Of a DNA stretch of 64,000 nt, positions 37,915-50,847 are shown one piece after another (within the stretch, counting starts at the first letter, position 1; each line of letters begins with the position of its first letter). A program made the translations under genes and the position numbers. Below the pieces are notes generated by a model. It searched no databases, was not told the DNA's origin, and saw nothing but the letters and a program-made list of their open reading frames with translations. This DNA is from Heterodontus francisci (lineage: Eukaryota), in NCBI RefSeq assembly GCF_036365525.1, contig NC_090393.1, positions 14,604,201 through 14,668,200 on the forward strand, read 5' to 3'.

Positions 37915-40339
37915 AAATAAACAGTATTGGGCCAATTTTAACTGGCAGTTAACGGGGCAGCAATGCCTTTAAAGTGAGGTTGGTGGACTTACAGCCAAGT
38001 TAATGCCAATTTTCTGGCTGCCACCATTTTAAGTGGGCCCTTCCCTTAGGTGGCCCAAGTCGTAGGCCTCTTGCTTGTCAAATTGGATGTTGTCGGGATC
38101 CTAATTGCAATTTTAAGGGATACATGGGCAGAGGGTGGGCCCATGTATCCTGCCATTGAGTGGCTTAATGGACCACTGCTGGTCACTCCAAAACATCTCC
38201 AAAACCTTTTCTATGCCAAATTATCAACAGATTCCAACTATGATTATCATAAGACACATGAATAGGACTGTCTCAATTCAATGGGCTCACAGCATAAAGC
38301 AACCCCTAAATTGTCATTATTCCACAGTTGCACACAGAAAGGCCTGTTGGCCCTAACAACATAATGGCTGTAGTCCTGAAGACATGTGCAGCTAACACTC
38401 ACTTAGCTAATTTGTTCCAATACAGCTATAACACTGGCATCAAGACAACAATGTGAAAGATTGTCTGGGTCTGTTCTATCCATAAAAACAATGAGAAATG
38501 TAATCTGGTCATTTACCACCCTGTCAACCTCCTTCCAATCATCAGTAAAGTGATGGAAGGAGTCATCAATAGTACCATCAAGCAATACCTACTCAACAAT
38601 TACCTGCTCACTGATGTTCAGTTAATGTTTGACCAGAAGTTCAAGGCTCCAAACCTCATCATGGCATTGAGTAAAACATGGTGCACGAGCTGAATGCAAA
38701 AGGAGAGATGAGTTTGGCTGCCCTCAACATTAAGGTAGCATTTGACTGATTGTGACACAAAGAAACCCTATCAAAACTGAGGTCAATGGGTGGGGGGGGG
38801 GGGGCGAGGTGTCAAAAGGAACTCCCCCTCTCCCCCAACACAAAGGAAGATGGTTGTGGTTGTCAGAGGTCATGACATAATTTCACGAGTTCCTCAGGGT
38901 AACATTTTGCCCAAAGACCTTCAGCTGCTTCATCATGGACATTCCTTCCCTGTGTTCAGGGGTAGGGCTGTTCACTGACTATTCCAGTGTTGACCTCTAT
39001 TCACAACACTTCTGTCAATGAAGCAGCCCAGGTCAACCTACAACAGGACCTGGACAACATCCAGGCTTCAGCTGACAAAGTGTCAGATAATGAGCAAGAG
39101 TAAGCCAACCATCTTTACTTAAACATTGTCAACGCAAGTGGTTAATGCAAGGAAGTAGCATAGTGTCACAAGGCCACAGTTGAGTTTTACTCTGTATCCA
39201 GCCATGATGCAATGACCTGCATTTATATAGCACTTTTCATGACCTCAGGATGTCCCAAAGCACTCTACAGCCAAAGAAGTACTTTTGAAGTGTTCATATT
39301 ATTGTAATTTAGGAAATGCTGACATGCACAAAATTTGCACGTATGTAAGGGGAAAAGAAGCAAATGAATCTGTTTTGACACAGCAGTGTAAGCTCATGAT
39401 AAATGAGCTTTTAGCCTTCAGCACTGCTGCATCATGTCTTCTGCTATGTCACTGCTTTAAAATGTTGGCACTTGCAGCCTCAACATTTGCAGCCCTTGTC
39501 TCAACAGCTTACGGTAGAAGTTTTTTTTTTCTTGGCTTTCAATAGAAATAAAAAGTGCGGTTGTAGCTATTTCATCCATTATCGGTCAGAGTTGAGTTTC
39601 TTTTCTCGGGACAACTAAAATCAGGTCCTGACGTTGTCAAAAACATTCAGGGCGTCACGCAAGCATCACCTGCTTCAGACCTTGGCTGCCACAGCACTCG
39701 AGTTTCATCCAGCTTGGGGTGGGGAGAGTTAAAATTAACTATGTAGCAACTTTGGATTTAATTTACTATCTGGTTCTGAAGTACCTTAAGGAGACAGAGC
39801 TGATATTCTGGTTGAAGGTGCCGTGGAATGCGATTGTTTGTCAGCACTTTTGATTAAGAGAGCTCAATGAAGGGCCAAAATCCACAGTGTAGGGTTGAAA
39901 AAGAAACGAAAGTATGAGCCTTTTATTTATTCACTCATGGGATGTGGGCATTGTTGGCAAGGCCAGCATTTATTGCCCATCTCTTGAGAAGGTGGTGGTG
40001 AGCCGCCCTCTTGTACCGCTGCAGTCCTAGTAGTATAGCGCTGTTAGGTCTGGAGTTTCAGGACTTTGACTCAGCAATAATGAAGGAACAGCAATATATT
40101 TCCATCAGTTCAAGTTGTGGCTATGTGATGCCAGCTTTATGCTTTAAAACCTGTAGATTGCAGGAAGTATGGAAGACCAAGGGAGGGTAAAGAGCTCCAA
40201 ACCTTTTGAGGCTTGAGAAATAGGCTAGGAAGTAATGAAATGAGTTTCGACTTAAACACAGCAAGAGCGAAGAGTTTGTCATCACAGTTATGTTTGGACA
40301 CACAGACATATATAAATGCATGACTTTCCCTATGTATGG

Positions 40340-40913
40340 TGTTGGATCCCATTAGTTACACAAAGAGAGACGGAGTCCGACTGTAGCTTTAAGAAACTTT
40401 ATTGCAGTACTTCTTTGGTTACATCATCAGCAAAGCAAACAACAACAACACCTGGGCTCTTCTCTCCTCTCCTTCTCTCTCCTGCCCTCTCCTGCCTGAG
40501 CAGGGAAAACAAGCTTTTCCTTATAGTTCTTCATACACATCAGTGACACCCCCTTTTTTGTTCGCAATTGGTTTACAAACTTTGCAGTTTCTTGGTGTCA
40601 GGGCCTGACTGGGGTACTGCCTTGTCACCCTCTCCTCAAGCAGTTTCTTATTCCCCTATCTCCTTGGAACGTTGGGCTGATTGTTGTACAATAGGCTACT
40701 CTTCCGCAGGCTGCAGCTGTCCTGTTAGTTTTTAGCTTATTTGTCTATTTCTACTGATAAGCTGTCTGTGCAGCCCTGAAGCTATGAAGTCATTTCTGAT
40801 AAGCTGCCCCTCCCTGCAGCTCTGAAGTTAGTTTATTAGTAGTACATGATTGATTAATTATTTCACCTTAAATGTCCCCATATTATTCTGTTCTCGAAAA
40901 TTCTGTTCCCACA
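40340..40913 (-). mobile_element. Solo LTR (574 bp), ERV- or Gypsy-derived
   Basis: TG...CA termini; TSD TATGG (40335-40339) and CATGG (40914-40918). On the minus strand, duplicated GATA-containing repeats, CCAAT, TATA-like and AATAAA occur in U3-R-U5 order. Confidence 0.75.
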
Positions 40914-41672
40914 CATGGTCTCTTAAAAAGCACTCACTGCATCAACTTCTCAAATCCAACATTTTTGTACACCTTAGGGTAGAGTGAAAAATACCAATAC
41001 TTGCTTTGTAACCAACTTTGTATTGGAAGATTGTCTCAGTGTAGAATCTACAGGGCAGAAATGGAATAGTTTTGCAAACTTTAAGGATTTGGTTATATCA
41101 GGATGTACAGATCAGTTGTGACTTTTTCTAGGGTTCTATATTCAGATGTTGAGTTGTTTATTTCTTCATATCTTTCATACACGGTCTATCCATCTCACCG
41201 CACCCCCCCTCTATCGAGGAGCGGTTGTCAAGAAAGCTAATCGTAACTAATGATGAGGATTGTAGAAATCTGGACACAACAGCTGTTTGTAATGCAAGCA
41301 TAATCTCTGAAGAAACACATAACAGCGCTCTGTAACAATCAGATTTTAAATTAGAATCAGAATCCATTCCCTCACAGCGGCTCACTCTGGTGAGACGCCA
41401 GCTAGCAACAGTCTGGTAGGAATCCCTACGAGGTGAAAAGTAAATGAACTAATCTGATCTGAAGTACAATAAATTATTTCAGCAAGTCCCTTGATGTTCT
41501 AGGTATTTGCAGAATCAGCACCTGCCAAACAGATCTGCAAGACGCCTTACGCTGTATGCTGTGACAGTGCGGGACTTTTGGAAGTAATTGCAAACCACAG
41601 CAGATAGATCCCGTTAGCAAGTGTTTCCAGCAGGACTGTTCAAATCAATACCATCTCCTAAACTAACTCATT

Positions 41673-42341
41673 GGGCTGAATTTTACTGCTGGCATCGGGA
41701 CCCCGACATCAGGGTGAAAAGCGAGTCCTGAGCCCGCACGTGGCAGCAGCCGGCCCAGCTCAGCGATTTTACCGCAGGTTGCCTCCTAATTGGCTATCGA
41801 ATAAGGATGGTAGGCAGGCTCTTGATACTGCCGGCCCAATCACAGGGCTGGCAGCTCTGAAACTCAGAAATTCGACCAGGAGAGGGAGTCGCTGCTAAGG
41901 CAGGCACGAGACCTCGAGCTTCTGACAGGCAATAATAAAAAAAAGAAAAGAAAAGGGGGTTTCTGAGTTTCAGAGCTGCCTCTTTAGGCCACGGAGCTTC
42001 TGGCTCCCCACCCCTACCCCCACCACGAGGGTGCCGACGCCATTAAACCGGCAGCCTCCCCACACAGCGGTGCAAAATGCTGGCGGCTCTGTAGAATGGC
42101 TCTTAATAGGGTCTTTAAGCATACAAATTGGCAGCCTGCCTCCTTAGAGTGGGCAACCGCTCGAAATTCGATTCCATCACTGGGAGAATGCCCCAGCAGT
42201 GGGACTGCATCGAGAAGCTGTCCCAATACAGCACTGTGTTATTTTACTGGACCCGCACCCCCCGCCCCTCGCCCCTCCCCCACCCCCCCCGCCACCCCAC
42301 ACTTCCCAGCCCGCCACCCAGGGGCCGGTAAAATGCTGCCC
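41673..42341. mobile_element. PIF/Harbinger-type MITE
   Basis: TIRs GGGCTGAATTTTAC / GTAAAATGCTGCCC, 3-bp TSD ATT, GC-rich. Similar decayed GC-rich MITE relics at about 37929-38170, 48520-49245 and 59970-60700. Confidence 0.7.
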
Positions 42342-44782
42342 ATTCTTTCCTAGAAACTGAACACTGTGGAACTTCTTTCTCTCTCCTTTCCTATCACACC
42401 CTTTCTTGTCCCTCACTCCATTTTATTAATTCTAGAAAGTACATTGAATTTTCTTGCCTAGCCTCATTGCACATCTCTTATCCCAACTCATATTTCCTAG
42501 GGCCTCAGTGTGAAACTCCTGACCTCACAAAGCAGGACCTGTCTTCTACAATCTAAAGGCCACCACTTAACCTTTACTTCCTGACTTATCTTTAGCTTTC
42601 CTCTCTTCTTAAACAGTGTCTTCACTGTTGGTCTTGCACTTTCAACTAAACTTAAAAATAAACACACACGCATACTTAATAACAATTTATTAATCCATTT
42701 CTGCCTCATTACTAATCACAAGTTATTCTAAAGTCTGAAATCACTTTAACAGCCTTCCTTGTAAAATTCTGTATTTAGGTCTAGCTTTTATTGCTTGGAG
42801 CCCTTGTCCAGCGAACCACAGGAAACCCACTGGATCAGGTGAAACATTGGTTTTACATCTCATCTATTGTTGCTCTCTGTTGGCTTCAATGGAGAGTAAA
42901 GTCAGGCAGGGTGTAAAAGCAGCATTGCATCTGATCCTGTCAGCTTCCTGATAGGCAGGCTGGGTTAAAATTACCCCCAGTCTTCCTCCATGATCAATTT
43001 GAATTGTGGCTACAAACCAACACAGCAGCACCAGCTGTCTCCAGGACTGCAAAGTGACCCTAGTGTTTGGGCCCTCTTCCCATGCACCTACTCTCCCCAA
43101 CTCTTGCTCCACTAACCACCCATTAACGCACGCAACTCAGAAGGGTTAATGTCGCAGAGTAAACAGCAAGTCAACAAATTGCCATCATGTTACTAATTCA
43201 ATCCACAACAGTAAGTCCTCCCTCCTCTTGTTCACACGCAGTAACTGGAGCAGCCCTGAGTACGTCTTCCTCCACTTAGGTCCACAACCATCTGCCAATA
43301 TTTATACCATTCGTGTCCTTGTGCAGTGACACCGAGCTGCCCAAATTGTCTACGCAGCTCATTGTATGTTTTGATAGTGGTGGGAGTATTAGAATTTCTC
43401 TTGGTATTAGGAAATGATGTATCAGTGTTACAATTAAAGCTAAGGTTAGATCCACTCTAGAATGAGTCAGTCTGCAAGCAATTTGTATCTGTCTACTGCC
43501 CCACTCAAGTTGAAAAATGGTTTGACAGGCAGGTGAAGTTTTGTTTTAAAAACCTATTGCTCACTGACCACCCGAGGTCAGGACGACTCAATTTCTGAGT
43601 GGGCCTTAAAATGGACGTTCAGCGCACCCACCCGAAACAGGCAGGCCCCTTATTAAAATATTTCAATCAGACTCCTCTGCTGGTTGCAGGACCCCGAAAC
43701 AATTGTCAGGTATCAATATTCACAGCATAAATGCTCCCCTAAAATCTTTCCACTTGCTGCCAATTGCTCAGGGGCTCCTCTCTGTAGAATTGCCTTCCCC
43801 TTTAAGGTTTGACCTCCAGCTTGACTTTGCAGAGAAATAGCCGGATTTCCCACTCCTCCACCACGCCGCATACCACCCATCCCCTCCATCCATCCCCACT
43901 CCCCACTCTCCCCTGAACTGCCTGTTAACTCTAGTTGAGTGCTGGCAGCTCACAGGTCAAATTCAGATCACAGCTGGCCATGAATATGGTTTGGTGCTCT
44001 TTCTGGTGCCATTGGATGGGCACTGCACCTCCTGCCCACCTGCGTGTGTTGTATGTGAAAATCACTCCCAGTGCTTTAAGCTAGCAATGAGTTACTGAAT
44101 GCTGAATCCTGAATGTAGACCATGATAACTCTAGTTGTAGAGATGGGTGGATTGGGAACTGAAACCATATAGCACAGGAAAAGGACATTAATATCTGTAA
44201 ATGCTATGTGACCCTCTGTGTACCATGACTCAGTCACAATATGCACTCTGTGGTGATTTTTAAACAACACAGCAGATATTTAGTAAAGTGAAGTAACACG
44301 AGGCAGACTGTAACTATACAGAGTTCTAAAGCGCTGCCTTGCATTTCCATGACCTAGATTTCTCTGCTCACAGTAACTGCGTAGGACAACCCTTGCAGCG
44401 CTCATTCTCCACAGTGTCTTTTCATATTTGTATTAATTTCTGTCAGATAACATCTGCAAAATTGATTATTTTAATTATCAACTAAAGAAGAAAATAATTT
44501 TAAGCCACAAGAAAAGACCCTTACGTTCAACAAGCCCACTCTTTTTTGATAAATGAGCCTCACCTAGCCACTTTCTGACCCAATCCTTAACCTAATTTCT
44601 CTGCTGCGACATATCTAATTTCCTCCTGAATCCATTTACGATGATGACAGGTTGTGACTATATTGATCTGGGAAAATTATTCACTACACTAAAGGGTTCA
44701 AGTAACACCGGACACATATTTTAAAAATTAGAAAGTGTTCAGGAAGAATTTTCAGGTAGAGGATTTTTTTAAACGCTGTTAA

Positions 44783-44940
44783 GTGCCAGCCTTGGCTCAG
44801 TGGTAGCATTTTCCCCTCTGGGTCAGAAGGTTGTGGGTTCAGGTTCCACTCAGGGCAGTTGGGTATATAGTCTAGGCTGGCACATGAGTGCAGTACTGAG
44901 GGAGTGCAGCACTGTCAGTGGTGCCATCCTTTGGATGAGA
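44783..44940 (+). mobile_element. Deu-type SINE, 5' half
   Basis: gccagccttggctcagtggtagc...gggttcagg...ggatgaga. Confidence 0.8.
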
Positions 44941-46048
44941 AAGAGAAACATACAGATAATACAGTGCAGTTGTTGAGCACTTGAATCTCTCTATTAAATA
45001 TTTATAGTGAAATCAATAAAAATTGAAATTGTAAAAAAAAACAATTGTCAGCAGAATAGTAGCCAGTTCTAATTTCCTCATGGTTGAAAGCTAAATCTAG
45101 GTGCAGGCACAGATGTATGATTGTACTATAGTGCTGGCAGTTTGTATGTGGGGAGATTAGAGCTGGTAGTAAATGTTTGAGGTTCAGACAGGCTAACCAG
45201 GCAGCTAGTTAATGACCATGTATATGCAGGATAGCCTTAGCAGTTGTAATGTTATAGTACAACAACTTGCATTCGTGTAGCACTTTTAATGTAGTAAGAT
45301 GGTAGTAGGGGCACTTTTCAGTGTTCCCTTACTGTAGTGGCAATGCTTCATATCAGTTTGAGTTTCTAAGTTGGAAACAGTCCTTAATAATGAGTAGCTC
45401 ATAATTAAGCAAATAATTTGAGGCAGGTTGTTCAAATCAGGAGTCAGAAGACAGAACTTGTTGAAGGTTGAACTTCTGAAAGATGCTGTATATAATGTTT
45501 TAAACATTAATAACATCAACTTGCATTTATATAGCATTATTAATGTAGTGAAATGTCCCAAATCTCTTCACAGGTATTACAGCTATTCCCTTTTCATGCA
45601 AACTTGCATTGCTAAGAACCCTAAAATAAGTTCAACGAAGAAGATTACTTGGTGTTGAAATGTCTGACGGAGGCAGAAAGGAAAAGAAAAGAATTACTAA
45701 ATTTCAGATTAAAAGATATTGTACAGTGAAATAAAAGAGTGAAATGGAAAAGCTGCAATCTTCATCTCATCTTCAGATGACTGGAAATCTTGAAGAAAAT
45801 TAAAAAAGCAAAATCAATATTTGAAATGTTTCTGGCAGCTTTTAGAGCAGATGAAAAAAAAAGGAAAATGAAAGCATCTCTATGTTCCTATGTTATTGGA
45901 GTAGAATCATTATATTTTATAATAAGTTCATTTTGGGACATTACAGAATTTGGTATTGTATGTAATAATCAGCAAACTACAAACCTAAATTAAATGTAAT
46001 GTAGGAAAGGCAAAGAGTTTTCACATGTACGCAGAAAATGGGGGAACC

Positions 46049-46390
46049 ATGCAGTACTGAGGGAATGCTGCACTGTTGGATGTGCCATCTTTCAGGTAAG
46101 ATGTTAAACCTCTCAAGTGGATGTAAAAGATCCCATGGTGCTATTTTGAAGAAGAGCAGGGGAGTTCTCTCCAGTGTCCTGGCCAGCATTTATCCCTTAA
46201 CCAACATTGCTAAAGAGCAGATTAGCTGCTTATCATTTCATTACTGTTTGAGTGAACCTGCTGTACACAAACTGGTTACCATGTTTCCTACATTACCACA
46301 GTGATTACACTGCAAAAGTGCTTAATTGGTTGCAAAGTGCTTTGGGACGTCCAGAGGTCATGAAAGGCACTATATAAATGCAAGTTTTTT
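46049..46390 (+). mobile_element. Deu-type SINE, 5'-truncated
   Basis: gcagtactgaggg through aaggcactatataaatgcaag. Confidence 0.85.
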
Positions 46391-47934
46391 TTGAATGATC
46401 TGTCTTCTCAGAATTTTATTGTACAATGTGGTTCGGAGGTAGGGTTAGAAAGGCTATGTACCAACCCACTCTTCCTTCCTCTGGTGGTGTTCAAATCCAA
46501 TCATCACTTTGTTTCCTATTCTATCTCTCTCTGGATCTCAAGACTATGGAAACCTTTACCCTGTCCCTCTCCCCTGCATCCCCCCACCTCCACCATCATC
46601 CTATCACCTATAATCTATAGGTTTTCGAAACCCAAGTTCTGCCATTAACAGACCACTTCATCTTTCTGCTCATTCTGTTTACTGTTGGTAGTGCAACATG
46701 CTTTGAGCTTTGAGATTTAGCTAGCTTTGTCAAATTAAAAAAAAATGCTACCAAGTGGTATTGACAAGGGACCGAAAGCAAGATGGCCACCTTTGCTCTT
46801 GTCTGGAGATTAGATCACAGTGCAGAATTGCTCCAAAAATGGGGAGGGGGTGGTGGTGGGGGAGGGAAGGCTAAGTAACTGTAGAAAATGTTTAATTTGA
46901 TGGTGAATGGAGGATCCAAAATATTTTTGACAGCTACAGCAAACCATCAGTTCATAAAATATCAGTGCAATTTTTTTGGTATGTAGCTGGAATAAAATGG
47001 ATTAAAATTTAATAACATTTCTCCTCTTTAATTCATGTTCTCGGCTTTTTCCTGCAGGTTTCCCCATGGTTGCTTTCCATACATCAATCGATTGCAGTGC
47101 CCCAGACTCCAGCTCTCATCCTTGTCCCCCTGTACTTCAACACTACCCCCACCATCAGCCTTGACTGCAATGATATTTCTTTTTGTGTTACCTTCCCTAT
47201 TTTGAACCCCTTCCTCTTCCCCTTTTGCAAGGCAACTAAACTTGTTGGATGCTGATTCTTGGGTGCTGCCCACCCCAGAGCTCTGAACAGTGATTATTCT
47301 TGAGCTTAGCCCAGATTTTAACTTGGGGAGGGTACCTGGGATTGGAGTGGGGACAAAGTGGGGAGGATCGGAGGCGGGAAGGTGGGATGCACAACATCAC
47401 TGCCTTAACCCCCACACTGTTCTGTCTGGGCTCATGGGGTTAAAATTGCTCCTCATTTTCCATCAGGCTATTCAACCACAGAGAGAAGCACGGAGTGAGC
47501 TTCACTCAGTTGGCAGCACTCTCATCTCCAAGTCAGAAGATTTTGGGTTCAACGCCCACTCCAGTACTTGAATCCAGAACCTCTGCTGACCCTTCTCCGC
47601 TGCACTAAGAGAGTGCTACAGTGTTGGAGGTGATGATCAGAAGATGAGACCAACTGAGTTCCAGTCTGACTGCTCAGCCAGATGTTCAAGATCCCATCAT
47701 ACAATTTGAAGAAGAACGTGAATCACAGTACACTGAGCTGAAGATCAGACCACAGGGTAAGATATACGTTTTCTTTCTAACCAGATATTGGTTTCCAAGT
47801 ATGAATACAGATGTTTCCCTCTCAAGCGTTGTCATTAAACTTTCATTGCAGTAGCCCCAAGTCTCAGAATACTGTTGGCTATGGAGTAGCATCAGAAAAA
47901 AACTTTATCTCCAAGAGCATCTGTCACATATTGA

Positions 47935-48285
47935 GTAGATGTAACGAGGATGTTTCCTCTTGTGGGGCAATCTAGAACGAGAGGTCATAGCTTTAGGATA
48001 AGGGGTAGCAGATTGAAAACAGAGATGAGGGGAAATTACGTCTCTCAAAGGGCCGTGAGTCTGTGGAATTCACTACCCCAGAGTGCGGTGGATGCTGGGA
48101 CATTGGGTAAATTTAAGGAGGAGATAGACAGGTTTTTAATTAGAAATGGGTTGAAGGGTTATGGAGAACGGGCAGGAAAGTGGAGTTGAGGCCGAGATGA
48201 GATTAGCCAAGGTCATATTGAATGGCGGAGCAGGCTCGAAGGGATGAATTGCCTACTCCTGCTCCTAGTTCTTATGTTCTTATGT
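47935..48285 (+). mobile_element. CR1 3' fragment
   Basis: MFPLVGQSRTRGHSFRIRG...WNSLP; ttcttatgttcttatg tail. Confidence 0.9.
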
Positions 48286-49477
48286 AAATGGCCATTCATA
48301 GCCTGCTTCCACGATGAACCTCTGAAACACCCAGAAGTGTCAATGCTGTAACTTCTGTTTACACTGTGAGTTGAAATTCAGAAAACTAACTCAACAACCG
48401 AGAAACATCAGCGCAACTATTGAAATAATCGGATTTGTAAATGCTTCCTGATCGCAATTATGATTTGGGCTTTGGACCTTCCTCATTGTTTGGGAGGAAG
48501 GGGGTGGGGTGTGTGGGGCAGGAGGTATGGTGGGGGTAGGTGCGGTGGAAGATATTTGTATCGGCCAGAAATTCAGATACCACACCATCGATCTGTATAG
48601 GTGGGATTTTAAAACTCATCCTGCAGTCAGGCAGAGAAAATGGCTGCCTTTTTAAAGCCATTGGCTAGAATTGTATGCCCCACCCACTCCTCACAGGAGT
48701 AGGCTGGTGGTTGGGGGAGGCGGAGGGAGGTCGTAAGATTGAGTGGGCGGTGGGGGCTGCCATTCGCGATGCCATCCCACACCCGCTGCAATTTTACAAG
48801 GGGCAGGGGTGGCAAGAAGCAGCCCACCCACCCCAGGCCAATCAAGGCCCTTAAGTAACCAATTAGCTGCCACTTAAAGGTCTCCTTCTGCCGCCGCTTG
48901 TATCTTACCAGCGGCTAGACAGGCGGCTGAGGTCCCCCTCCTTGCGGGCTGTGGGGAGCACTCTTAAGCAGGCACTCCACCTCCTTGAAGATTGGGCCAG
49001 ACCCTCATGGTGTCGGGGTCTAGGGTGGGCCTTCTCTGGAGCAATCTTCAGGCCTTATGTGGGTTTACACGCATGCAATATAATCCTGTCTCTGCATTCC
49101 TTGTAATCCTTCTCAGTCCACTCTCATCTAATACGGAAGTACTCACTTCTCTAGTATCTCTAGTACTGTCTAACACTCTGTGCCCCTACACTACACTGAC
49201 TTTTTGGCTGGTGGGCGGGGCCTCCCCCCCAGTGCAAAATTCCGGTAATGTTTTTTACATTTGTGAATTCATTTGCCCCAACATCTGCCTTCAGCTCCCT
49301 TTTTTTTATTTGATCGTGGTATGTGAGCATTGCTGGCAAGGCCTGCGTTTATTGCGCATCCCTGATTGCCCTAAAGAAGATGGTGGTGAACCGTGCCCCC
49401 CCCCCCCCCCCCCCACCACCAAGCCGCTGCCATCTTTGTGTGGTAGGTACACCCACAGTGGTATTAAACCCCAAGCT

Positions 49478-49678
49478 CTGCAATTACCTCCTTAAACCTC
49501 TCGGTCTCTCTTTCTCTCTCCTCCTTTAAGAAGCTCCTGAAAACGTACCTCTTGGAGCAAGCTTTTGGTCCCTTGTTCTAGTATCTCTTTATGTGGCTCG
49601 ATGTCAAATTTTGTTTGATAATGCTCTTGCGAAGCGCCTTGGGATGTAAAGATGCTATATAAATGCAAGCTGTTGTTT
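49478..49678 (+). mobile_element. L2-type LINE 3' end
   Basis: ctcctgaaaacgtacctct...aagcgccttggg...gctatataaatgcaag. Similar pieces at about 12585-12715(+) and 24050-24290(-). Confidence 0.65.
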
Positions 49679-50847
49679 TGATCCATGATATTCTGCCAGG
49701 GCAGAAAGCAAAAGCATCTTGGAAGGTAGTTCTCCCTTCCTCTGCAGCCATGTATGCTGCCTCATTTAAGCTGAAATATGCATTAGCTACTGACAGTTCT
49801 TAGAATGTGATTCACGTTAAGCCAGATAGTTTGCCTCTGGTACTATATAGCTCATTGCACTTTTGCAGCCTCAGTTCCACCAGTTTTATGCTGCAAACTG
49901 GGTGCAGTGTAAACCTAACAGGGCGAAGGATCTGATCCACAAGCAGGACAAGCTTTCTTTGGTGACTGAAAACCTGGCAATCAGTTACTGAGCATCTAAG
50001 ATGGGTAAAAGAGGCTGATTTCTCACACACAGGTATTATAAACTCCTGTATAATTCATAAAGGTGTTTTTACATGGCATGGAGTAGAGTGCTGTCTTCAG
50101 GGATATTTTTGACAGGTCATACAGAAACTGTCTATTTCATTAAAAGTAAATGGGTGTTTCGAAAATGGCTCCATTAACAAACTATAAAATCAGCTTGGTT
50201 CTAAACGCAGCATTTCCTGACACATTTCGTTCAGTTCAATCTTCCTTCCCTGTATCACTGATACTTTTCCCAAGGTTATAAACATTTCCTTCTAAACACT
50301 GTCAATTATCTTTCTGCCAACCCCCCCAAGGCCTCTCCTGTCCTTCCACCAGCATCAAATGTTTCAAATCAAATTGTATTACTTCTTCGACAGCTAGGGT
50401 TTGTGAAATATCTGGGTCGCTAAGCATTTTAAATCTCTATGTAGGAACAGGAGTCGGCCATTCAGCCCCTTGAACCTGTACTGCCATTCAATTAGATCAT
50501 GGCTGATCTCCCCTCAATCTCAGTTATCTGCCTGAGTTCCATATCTCATAACAGAGCAGCAGTTGCCCAGATTGTTATTTGAATACTCCTTTCCGCTCCT
50601 GGCCTCTTCAAAAATAATTTCAACCATACTTATGCTGGTCCCCTTTGCTTCTGTCGCGTGTGGAACTGATCAGAGAATTCATGGCGCATGGTCCCACCAT
50701 TGGTTCTATTTTAAAGTGGCACTTGTGGTGTCCTGTAACAACTTGTATCTTAAAAGGGGCCTGCCACCTGAAACAGGCTCAGCGACAGACACCTTTCCAA
50801 AATGGCAGCAGCTGCAATGGAAGTGTGAACAGAGCACTAAGCACTGC

